Positions 10,755 through 18,875 of a stretch of 64,000 bases of DNA are shown one piece after another. The stretch is from an uncultured Verrucomicrobiales bacterium (GTDB taxonomy: Bacteria; Verrucomicrobiota; Verrucomicrobiia; Verrucomicrobiales; Akkermansiaceae): contig CAZLQY010000002.1 of NCBI GenBank assembly GCA_964561965.1, forward strand, positions 50,421 to 114,420, written 5' to 3'. The position numbers were made by a program, and so were the translations under genes. Within the stretch, counting starts at the first letter, position 1, and every line of letters starts with the position of its first letter. The notes under the pieces are model-generated. The model worked only from the letters and a program-made list of their open reading frames with translations. It was not told the origin of the DNA and made no database searches.

Positions 10755-12017
10755 TTACCCCTCTTGTTTTGCTCGAATCGTGTCGAGGATCTCTTGAGCT
10801 TCTTGCTCGGAAACTTCAATCGCAGTTGCGATGTACTCAGCTGGCATTTGAAGAACCATGTCAGCATTCACCCCGCCTGCACGGAATAAACGGCCTGCGA
10901 TGTCGTCAGAAACACCCAGCGAAGAAGCTAGTTCTCCCGCTGCATCAGAAACTTTAGCTTCGAATTGCTCATGCTCACTATCGTCCTTACGTACTTGAAC
11001 ATCCCACCCGATAAGGCGTGATGTAAGGCGGGCATTCTGCCCTCGGCGGCCAATCGCTTTACTAAGTTCTTCTTCATTCACAGTGACATGAATCACCTTT
11101 TTTTCCTCATCAAGGGTAACAGAACGAAGTGTTGCTGGTTTCAAAGCTTCATGCACAAAAACAGCAGGATCATCATCCCACGGGATAATATCTACCTTCT
11201 CATTATTCAGCTCACGTACAATATTCTTCACACGAGCACCACGTAAGCCAACGCAAGCTCCTACGGGATCTACATTTTCATCCGTGCTAGCCACAGCTAC
11301 CTTCGTACGGTAACCCGCCTCACGCGCAATCCCTTTTAAATCCACTGTGCGATCTGCGATCTCAGTCACCTCTGCTTCAAATAACCGGCGAACAAAATTA
11401 GGATGGCTACGGGAAAGTATGATTTCAGGGCCACGTTGCTCATTTTCCACAGCGACCACATAGGCACGAATACGGTCACCAATGTTGTAGTCTTCCGTTT
11501 GAACACGTTCACGAGAACTCATACGACCCTCAAATTTACCAAGATCCACCCAGACATCACTCTTCTCAAAGCGGCGTACTGTACCACTGACAATGTCACC
11601 TGCACGGTCTTTAAACTCCTCGTAAATCATTTCCTTCTCAGCCTGACGCAATCTCTGCATCATTGTCTGCTTTGCAGTCTGTACCGCAATACGGCCAAAG
11701 TTCTTAGGAGTAACATTCATCTCCACAGTATCACCGAGCTCAGGATTCTCTTTCACCTGAACGGCCAACTTCATAGGAACCTCATTCCACTGATCGATAT
11801 AATCATCATCTGCTACGACCGAAAGAGTTGCAAAAATACGGGTATCCCCCTTTTTCATATCAATCTCTGCACGTAATTCTTCGATCTTCTCAGCACCAGC
11901 AACCATCTTACGATATGCAGATAAAAAGGCATATTCCAAAGCGCCCTTTACGCGTTCGCGATCAATAGCTTTCTCTCTTTCATAGAAGTCAATAAGTGCG
12001 ACGATATCGTTAGTCAT
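10755..12017 (-). CDS. nusA: Transcription termination/antitermination factor NusA
   Basis: 420 aa. S1 and KH regions (GACVGLRGARVKNIVRELNNEKVDII). Lies upstream of infB. Confidence 0.95.
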   Translation of the reverse strand: MTNDIVALIDFYEREKAIDRERVKGALEYAFLSAYRKMVAGAEKIEELRAEIDMKKGDTRIFATLSVVADDDYIDQWNEVPMKLAVQVKENPELGDTVEMNVTPKNFGRIAVQTAKQTMMQRLRQAEKEMIYEEFKDRAGDIVSGTVRRFEKSDVWVDLGKFEGRMSSRERVQTEDYNIGDRIRAYVVAVENEQRGPEIILSRSHPNFVRRLFEAEVTEIADRTVDLKGIAREAGYRTKVAVASTDENVDPVGACVGLRGARVKNIVRELNNEKVDIIPWDDDPAVFVHEALKPATLRSVTLDEEKKVIHVTVNEEELSKAIGRRGQNARLTSRLIGWDVQVRKDDSEHEQFEAKVSDAAGELASSLGVSDDIAGRLFRAGGVNADMVLQMPAEYIATAIEVSEQEAQEILDTIRAKQEG

Positions 12018-12065
12018 AATCTAAATCGGAATTTTTGAAAGTTTCTCCAACCCCTTGACCTTGAT

Positions 12066-12093
12066 ACACAAAAGAGTGGGTAAAAACCCACTC
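12066..12093 (-). terminator. Intrinsic terminator-like hairpin in the nusA 5' leader
   Basis: Minus strand reads GAGTGGGT-TTTT-ACCCACTC (8-bp perfect stem, 12074-12093) followed by TTTTGTGT. Sits about 50 nt upstream of the nusA ATG. Confidence 0.6.
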
Positions 12094-12480
12094 CCTGCCA
12101 AGCGCCAGAAGTTGCTAAACGGAGACGTAAGGCACAGGTTTAAGAGATGCAAGCACAAATCACTCTAGGTTCTTAATTTATAAGGAAATTCCCTTGTTCG
12201 AAACATGACTAGCTCTCGAGCTGATCACGAGCCTAAAACAGAAACTTCTCAGCCGGCACGATCCGCGTGATATCGTCATCGCTAAACGCTTATCATTGAC
12301 ACCCATTATTTTACTAACAGCAGATGAATTCACGGCAAATCATTTCTAATGAATCCTTAAGCAAACTAGTGAATACTAAGACAAAGCACCACACTTCTCA
12401 GCACTCGTGCACCTAGAAACAACCGTATCCTTTTTATTTCAGTTGTCCTATCCAACAGATCTGGTCATACTTAAACTTAG

Positions 12481-12915
12481 ATGGAGCAAGTCGACAAAGT
12501 CTACAATCACTTACTTACTCGTTGCAAAGAGCTAGGCCTCCGTCGCACGAAAGCCTTGGAAGCGCTATTGACCGTTTTAACACGTGAAAATAGACCAATG
12601 ACACTCGCAGAGTTAGCAGAAAATACGGAATTAGCTACTTCCTGTGATAAAGCCACCGTATTTCGCCTTATTGGCCGCTTAACGAATAAAGGGCTCGTAC
12701 GTAGACTAGGCTTACATGAAAGGGCCGCATACTTCACATTGCTTCTCCCAGGGCGCCATCAAGATTTTCTAATCTGCAGCTCTTGTGGTGATATTAAAGC
12801 CGTCAAAGCACCTTGCCCTGTCCATCAACTCGAGCAGAAAATTGCTAAAGATACTGGCTATAGTGGCCTCTACCATGAGCTGGAATTTTTTGGTACTTGC
12901 CCCAACTGCCAATAA
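12481..12915 (+). CDS. Fur-family transcriptional regulator (Fur/Zur/PerR type)
   Basis: 144 aa. Winged-helix ATVFRLIGRLTNKGLV. Two CxxC pairs (CSSCGD and CPNCQ) for structural Zn. Confidence 0.85.
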   Translation: MEQVDKVYNHLLTRCKELGLRRTKALEALLTVLTRENRPMTLAELAENTELATSCDKATVFRLIGRLTNKGLVRRLGLHERAAYFTLLLPGRHQDFLICSSCGDIKAVKAPCPVHQLEQKIAKDTGYSGLYHELEFFGTCPNCQ

Positions 12916-13168
12916 GTCACCTACCGACAGCAAGTAGAGCTTCATCTTCCCCCAACAAAAACGCAGCTTTGTCTGGTTGTTTTAATTATTAACATTAGTT
13001 AAAAGTCTACGGAGACTCTCTTTATTTTTAAAAATACACACTCTCCACGCCATCCTCCTCCACAAATATGATCCGTTTATTATAATATTTCACATCACCC
13101 ACCTCAATAGACATAAAACTTCGCTTCACCTCTTCTCAAAAAGATTCCTCTAGCTAGAGTATCTGGCC

Positions 13169-14590
13169 GTGAGCTTAAGCCAGCACATATTTGACGACAC
13201 CCCAGCCCGATTCTTTGCCGTATTAACATGGCGCTATGGTCGATTGTATATCGATGCGTTAGACAGAATTGAAGAAATACAACGCCACCGTCATGGCGTA
13301 GGTTTAACAAGAGCCGAACTAATCGAAGTCTGTCAGGACATCATTAATACCAGTAATCCTGACACCACGGAAGCAGCAGACGATGAGAAAAATCTGACTG
13401 CCCCAGAAATGCTCCGTCAAATGCTCCATTGTCATTGGCTGGAAGCTCCGAAACGTAGTGATTACCAGCGAGTCTACTATCTAGACAACCGAGCAGAGCT
13501 ACTCCTGGAAAGTCTCCGCCGTATGGCCCATCCTGAGCAAGTAACCTTTACAGATAAACTCCATCTAGTTTGTTCACGCCTCATGGATCCAAACGCGTTT
13601 ACGGATCACCCACTCTCAGATATAGAATCTTGTAATGACAATCTGCGCTACGGCTTACAAGAACTGCGTTCCCTACAACAAGGAATGGCCAGGTTAACCC
13701 AACGCCAACTTCGCTCTGATTCACTCAAAGAGAACCTCCAAGTACTCTATGATGACTTTTCAGAAAACATAGGTCAACGCTGCTACAAACAACTGATTTC
13801 ACTAAATCTACCCGTCCGGCTGCCACTCATTAAAGAGCAACTCACCAATATCGAACAAAACCCCGTAGTGATCGCAAAAATGGAAGTTGCTCTCCAAAAG
13901 CGGCGCCCTGAACTCACAGAGAATGAAATCGCAGCTCGTGTCTCAAACCTCATTCGAGATGCGATCTCCATGCTAGAGAGCGTAGAGCCTCAGAGTGAGG
14001 CTGTTGACCGGAAAGCGGCCGACTTTGCTCGCCGTTCCTTTGCTCGATTTCGCTACCTTCAAGAAGTATCTAGTGGTCGCCGCTCCGAGATGCGCTCTGT
14101 TTTTGAGAAAATCAACAACCACTACTCCGGTTGTAAAATGGCCCATTTACCAGAACAATTACAATTGCCTGCTCTAAAAGTCCCCTCCGTCGGCCTCCTC
14201 TCAGGTCTCGAAAGCCTTTTCGCCCCCAGAACACAGCGTAAGAAATACGAACGCCAATCACTCGCAGACCTCTACGATGAGGATATCCTAGAAGATCACG
14301 ATCACGCCGTCGTTGAGATGCAAGAGAACATCAACAGCTCACTAAACACTGTTCGAGCCAATCGATTCTACCAAACACTTTGTGTCCCTTCTCAAGGCCT
14401 CAACTCAGACTCCATCGTTACAGACTCTGAAGAATGGTTACTAGAACTCGCCGGCCTGCTATTACACGGAGACACATCCGAAAGTGAATACACTATTTCT
14501 TCCCCCAGAGAAACTTTCCAAGAACCTACGCAAAGTGAGAAAGACGGATACCTCATCGACCAATTCACTATTCACCCCAACCAACCATAA
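13169..14590 (+). CDS. jetA: JetA/MksF-like kleisin-type subunit of a Wadjet/Mks SMC complex (DUF3375-like)
   Basis: 473-aa helical protein, GTG start. First gene of a tight three-gene operon ending in an SMC-type ATPase. Size and position match JetA. No motif-level proof is possible by eye. Confidence 0.65.
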   Translation: MSLSQHIFDDTPARFFAVLTWRYGRLYIDALDRIEEIQRHRHGVGLTRAELIEVCQDIINTSNPDTTEAADDEKNLTAPEMLRQMLHCHWLEAPKRSDYQRVYYLDNRAELLLESLRRMAHPEQVTFTDKLHLVCSRLMDPNAFTDHPLSDIESCNDNLRYGLQELRSLQQGMARLTQRQLRSDSLKENLQVLYDDFSENIGQRCYKQLISLNLPVRLPLIKEQLTNIEQNPVVIAKMEVALQKRRPELTENEIAARVSNLIRDAISMLESVEPQSEAVDRKAADFARRSFARFRYLQEVSSGRRSEMRSVFEKINNHYSGCKMAHLPEQLQLPALKVPSVGLLSGLESLFAPRTQRKKYERQSLADLYDEDILEDHDHAVVEMQENINSSLNTVRANRFYQTLCVPSQGLNSDSIVTDSEEWLLELAGLLLHGDTSESEYTISSPRETFQEPTQSEKDGYLIDQFTIHPNQP

Positions 14591-14602
14591 CCTTTAATCT
14601 CT

Positions 14603-15337
14603 ATGGAAGCGTCAGCTATCGCACCATCAGGCCTCATCAATCAAACATTGAACCAACGTGACAAGCAAATGCTTCGTGACGTCTCTCATCGTCTATTAGC
14701 TCATGGTTCACTCATGCGCCGCAGATCTTCAGAGAAAAACCTCTACGATTGGGCCAATGAACACCAAGAGTGGCTAGAAGAATGGGCCAGCTTATTAGGT
14801 CTAAAAATCATCATTCAGCGAGATGAAAGAATGGTCATGGCCATTCCAGAGTTCTCCAGTATGACAAGGCGTTTACGCCGCGACGAAACCCTTCTCGCCC
14901 TAGCCCTCTGGTATGACTACGATATAGAAGTAAGAGAGCATGGAGCGCATGATGTCTTCTTTTCCATTAGTGAATTCAACGAAGCGCTCAATAGTAAATT
15001 CCCCTCCATACAAGCGATCTCCGCATCTAGGCTAAAAGAAATCCTACGTAGCTTTTCTCGTTTCAATCTCGTTGAAATTGACTGGCAAGAAGAATTTTCT
15101 GATAGCATCATTCAAATTCTTCCCACACTCCGTTTCGCCATTCCATTTCCAGATATTGAAGAATGGTTAAAAGTAGCAGATACCTATACAGAGGAAGAAG
15201 TCACCCTTCAAAACAACGAAAACACCTCAACCGGTTCACCAGAGACTACCATGGAATCGAGCCTATCTGTCGATGATAGCGATGGTATCGACACACCTTC
15301 AGAACAAACGGACCAAATCAATCCCCCCCTATCATAA
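14603..15337 (+). CDS. jetB: JetB/MksE-like KITE-type subunit (DUF4194-like) with an acidic Ser/Thr-rich C-terminal tail
   Basis: 244 aa, 12 nt after jetA. Pattern LYDWANEHQEWLEEWASLLGLKIIIQRDERMVMAI...RRLRRDETLLALALWYDY resembles MukE/MksE/JetB winged-helix proteins. Confidence 0.65.
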   Translation: MEASAIAPSGLINQTLNQRDKQMLRDVSHRLLAHGSLMRRRSSEKNLYDWANEHQEWLEEWASLLGLKIIIQRDERMVMAIPEFSSMTRRLRRDETLLALALWYDYDIEVREHGAHDVFFSISEFNEALNSKFPSIQAISASRLKEILRSFSRFNLVEIDWQEEFSDSIIQILPTLRFAIPFPDIEEWLKVADTYTEEEVTLQNNENTSTGSPETTMESSLSVDDSDGIDTPSEQTDQINPPLS

Positions 15338-15422
15338 CAAAGGACATCCTCCTCATTGCCTCTAAGCCCTTAGTCACAGCCCCCTCCCACTTCATCACCT
15401 TAAATTATTTTTGCCCTAACTT

Positions 15423-18400
15423 ATGCAAATCGAACTCACTCGCATTCATGCAATCAATTGGTTCGGCTATCAAGACGTCTTTGATGTCGCAGGTAACCTC
15501 CTCATCGCAGGCGTCACAGGCTCAGGAAAATCCATCCTCATGGATCTAGTACAACTAGTGCTCATCGGTGACCAAAAATCCAAATATAACCAATCAGCGA
15601 CAGGCAAAGCCTCCTCAAGAACCTTAAAATCCTATTGCCTAGGTGACACCAAAGATGAAATCGAAGGCGTTGCCCAATATATGCGTAATGAAGGAGCGAC
15701 TACCTACGCCGCTCTAGAGTTCACCAGACCAGATGGGAATATTGAAACTTGGGGACTACGTGTCGAATTTGATAGTGCAGCACAAAATCAAGCATCGAAG
15801 CGCCATGGATTCTTCATTAATGGCCGCATGAATAAAGAAGACTGGATTGATGGTTTTGACTATCCACTAGATTGGGCCGTCTTCCGTGAAATGGTTCACG
15901 ACGGAGGAGGGAAAGTCTTTGACACCATGGACGGTTACCGCCGTGAAATGTCCTTAGTCAAACACCTTAATTTTGACAGAGAAACACTCGACTACCTTCT
16001 CCCCGCAGCCATGTCTTTCACCTTTTTAGACAACTTCAATAAATTCTGCAAAAACTACGTTCTACCACCAGATCAAGTTCATATCCAAGAAGTCAGAGAC
16101 TCCTATCATGCTTTCTTAAGCTTGCGCCGAGAACTCAGCTCCATGAAGCACCAGCTCACACTGTTAGACCAAATCCACACAAACTACACCTCACACAAAC
16201 AGGCACTAAATGACCGCAACATCTTTGCAGATATAGGGCGAGACATGAAAGTAGAAGAGCTCCGAGAAACCGTGGACGAGCTTCTTCATGAAATCAAAGA
16301 ACTCGAAGAAAAAGCGAAGCTCCAAGGAGATGAAGAAACAACGCTCGAAAACACTCTAGCAACCGGGCGCTCCCGCCGCGACTTATTACGTGATGCACTC
16401 AATGAAACAGAAGAAGGTCGCCTCTTCCTACACATTCGCGAAGACAACCGCAATTTAGTCAACAAACTACAGCACCTCCGCGAAGCAACACAATCGATAG
16501 AAGAAGCCCGCCGTAAACGCTGCCAAGCAGTAAGAAGCTGGATGGAAACAACGATCCAAACTCGCATCAAAATCCCCGCAATCCAGGTTTCTAAGCTAAA
16601 AAAAGCTCTCAACGACATCGAACAGTGCGACCTAACGAACATAACAAATATAACAAGTCTACTAGAAAAACTAGCAGAAGCTGTTCGGGAATTTCATACC
16701 GCTGCTAAAGAGGCAGAAAAACCACTCCGCGATGAAGTAGAGAAAAAAGTAAGAGCCATCCGCAACCTAACATCACGGCTGGAATCTCTCGATAACGGGC
16801 GCCTTAATCACCGCTCTGCACTACTAGATTCTATCAACTCCACACTCCCCAGGCGCTCCAATGGAGAACCTGCAGCCTACGCCCTACGTGAACTTTGTGA
16901 AGTCACAGATGAACGCTGGCGCCCAGCTCTAGAAACATCCTTTTCCCGTAAATTTGCAGTCGTTGTCGACCCAGGCAATTATAAACATGCAGAAACAATT
17001 TATCGTGAAATGAAAGGGGCTGCACCTGGAGAATCATTAATCAACCCAGAGCAAGCCCTAGAAATACGAGCCACTCGCCTCAAAGGCTCTTTAGCAGAAC
17101 ACCTAGAGTGCGAAAGCCCTGTCGCACAAGCCATTGTCAACCACCTCTTTGGTCGCATCATCTGCGTCGAGAAAGCAGCAGACCTCACGAAACATGATGC
17201 CGCTATCCTACCAGATGGATTCTCATATCGTAGACCCTTCGCAGAACGCCGCGCACACTATGATAATATTCCCTGCATCGGAGGCAAAGGGCTAGAACAA
17301 CAAAAAATTCAGTTAGAAAAAGATCGCCAGATCATCCGTAAAGAACTGGATCAACTCATGCCCACCGCACAGCTGCTAGAACAAGCAGACGCCACATATA
17401 GAAGAGAGAAACTAGATAACCCCAGCCTAGGGCCAAAGCTAATCAACCTTCATCAACTCGAGGACTACGAAACTAGGCTACAAGAGAACATTGAACGACT
17501 CAAAGCCATAGAAGGCTCTGACTTCGAAGCCAAAGAAGCGGAACTACGCGATTTAGACCACGAGCTCACCTCGATCGAAACAAAACTAAAATCCCTCAGA
17601 AAAAGCGAAATTAAAGTAGAACTAGGCCGTATCCAAGGTCAACTTCTTGACTCTGAGGAACAGCTGGAGCGAGCAGAAGAAGAACTCAGCCGCTACAGAG
17701 CAGAAGGGCCAAACATAGACGCTCATAGTCAACGCCGTGAAGAACTCGTACAGAGAATCATCACAGAATTCCCAGCCATAGACATCGCCGTCTCACAAGC
17801 TGTACGCCTAGAACGAGTCTCCGCAGAACGAGCCATAACCTCTTGGGCAAGTGTCGTAGACGGAAGAAAAGAACTCTCACGAGAATTCCCCATCTACAAC
17901 GAATTCTCACCAGAAGAAGAAGACAATTCCATCTGGGAAGAACGCCTAAAACGCATCGAATCCAGTGAGATACCTGCCTATGAAAAGAAAGCACAAAGAG
18001 AAGAAACAAATTGGCAAGAAATCTTCCGCAAACAAGTTCTGATCAAACTTCGTAGTGCACTGATGAAAGTAGACCTCACCCTCAAAACCCTCAATAAACA
18101 ACTTAAAAAACCCATAGGGCATCATCTCTATCAAATCCGCAAACGATCAAACCCAGACTATAAGATCTATCAAAAACTCATTGATAACAGCATGGTCGAT
18201 GAAGAGGATAGCCTATTCTTTGATAGCGTGAATGAAGAGAGTAAAACTGAAATCGAAAGAATATTCACAGCCCTCGTAGAAGACCCTAACAACGCTGAAG
18301 CTCTCAACTTCCTAGACTACCGAAACTACTATGATTACGACATGTCCGTCATGGATACCCGGGACTCAGATGCACGTGAAACAAGTGTCGACAGACAAAG

Positions 18401-18770
18401 TGGAAAGTTCTCTGGAGGAGAAAGTCAAAGCCCCTACTTTATCGCCATCCTAGCCTGTTATCTCAGAGCATATCATCGCTATGATCAACGTGATAATGAA
18501 CCAAGCATCGGAATCGTCCCCATTGATGAAGCCTTTTCAAAACTATCAGGAGAGCGTATCCGCGACTGTATCGAAGCTCTCAAATCTCTAGGCCTTCAAG
18601 GAGTCTTCTCCATGTCCTCAGGTAATATCCCGTATGCTATGGACCTCTGTGATCAAACCATGGTCGTCTCTAAAAAAGAAATTAAAAAAGACAACCGCAC
18701 ATCCATCCGTAACATCGCAGTCTCTCTCACCAGAGAAGAAGCCATTAACAGGCTCGTTGGAGCCTCCTAA
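15423..18770 (+). CDS. jetC: JetC/MksB-like SMC-family ABC ATPase
   Basis: 1115 aa. N-terminal Walker A GVTGSGKS (nt 15510-15533). More than 900 aa of E/K/R/L-rich coiled-coil-like sequence. C-terminal FSGGESQ signature (SGGES, 18411-18425) and Walker B IVPIDEAF (D-E at 18525-18530). Confidence 0.85.
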   Translation: MQIELTRIHAINWFGYQDVFDVAGNLLIAGVTGSGKSILMDLVQLVLIGDQKSKYNQSATGKASSRTLKSYCLGDTKDEIEGVAQYMRNEGATTYAALEFTRPDGNIETWGLRVEFDSAAQNQASKRHGFFINGRMNKEDWIDGFDYPLDWAVFREMVHDGGGKVFDTMDGYRREMSLVKHLNFDRETLDYLLPAAMSFTFLDNFNKFCKNYVLPPDQVHIQEVRDSYHAFLSLRRELSSMKHQLTLLDQIHTNYTSHKQALNDRNIFADIGRDMKVEELRETVDELLHEIKELEEKAKLQGDEETTLENTLATGRSRRDLLRDALNETEEGRLFLHIREDNRNLVNKLQHLREATQSIEEARRKRCQAVRSWMETTIQTRIKIPAIQVSKLKKALNDIEQCDLTNITNITSLLEKLAEAVREFHTAAKEAEKPLRDEVEKKVRAIRNLTSRLESLDNGRLNHRSALLDSINSTLPRRSNGEPAAYALRELCEVTDERWRPALETSFSRKFAVVVDPGNYKHAETIYREMKGAAPGESLINPEQALEIRATRLKGSLAEHLECESPVAQAIVNHLFGRIICVEKAADLTKHDAAILPDGFSYRRPFAERRAHYDNIPCIGGKGLEQQKIQLEKDRQIIRKELDQLMPTAQLLEQADATYRREKLDNPSLGPKLINLHQLEDYETRLQENIERLKAIEGSDFEAKEAELRDLDHELTSIETKLKSLRKSEIKVELGRIQGQLLDSEEQLERAEEELSRYRAEGPNIDAHSQRREELVQRIITEFPAIDIAVSQAVRLERVSAERAITSWASVVDGRKELSREFPIYNEFSPEEEDNSIWEERLKRIESSEIPAYEKKAQREETNWQEIFRKQVLIKLRSALMKVDLTLKTLNKQLKKPIGHHLYQIRKRSNPDYKIYQKLIDNSMVDEEDSLFFDSVNEESKTEIERIFTALVEDPNNAEALNFLDYRNYYDYDMSVMDTRDSDARETSVDRQSGKFSGGESQSPYFIAILACYLRAYHRYDQRDNEPSIGIVPIDEAFSKLSGERIRDCIEALKSLGLQGVFSMSSGNIPYAMDLCDQTMVVSKKEIKKDNRTSIRNIAVSLTREEAINRLVGAS

Positions 18771-18875
18771 GCTACATAGCCCCACTAAAAAGCCAGGCCA
18801 GTAACACTAAGATGAACCACGATACGGACAACCACAATACGGCCCCCCCCTCCAAGCTCCAATCATTCGCCGCAC

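Noticed and set aside
10355-10867. 170-aa K/R-rich ORF spanning the infB/nusA junction on the minus strand in another frame
   Set aside because: It lies entirely within or overlapping the well-supported infB and nusA coding frames. Its composition reflects the shifted reading frame of the K/E-rich IF-2 N-terminus. It is an alternative-frame artefact.
12338-12354. Imperfect inverted repeat AATCATT-tct-AATGAAT upstream of the Fur-family gene, considered as an autoregulatory Fur/Zur/PerR box
   Set aside because: The arms carry a mismatch, the repeat is short and AT-rich, and it lies about 130 nt from the start codon. It cannot be told from chance without a genome-wide motif model.
13104-13310. 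68-aa minus-strand ORF overlapping the jetA start region
   Set aside because: It overlaps the jetA 5' end antisense, I recognise no family, and nothing independent supports it. It is most likely spurious.
16286-16642. Antisense ORFs inside jetC (16286-16642, 17000-17188, 17761-18009, 17946-18134), plus similar ones inside tkt, mreB, selA, leuS and rng
   Set aside because: These are shadow ORFs opposite long genuine genes, with biased low-complexity composition and no independent start or terminator signals.
18771-18875. Looked for a JetD-like (Toprim) gene directly after jetC
   Set aside because: Only 105 nt separate the jetC stop from the stop of the convergent LOG-family gene. No ORF fits, and no Toprim-like protein is encoded elsewhere in the window.
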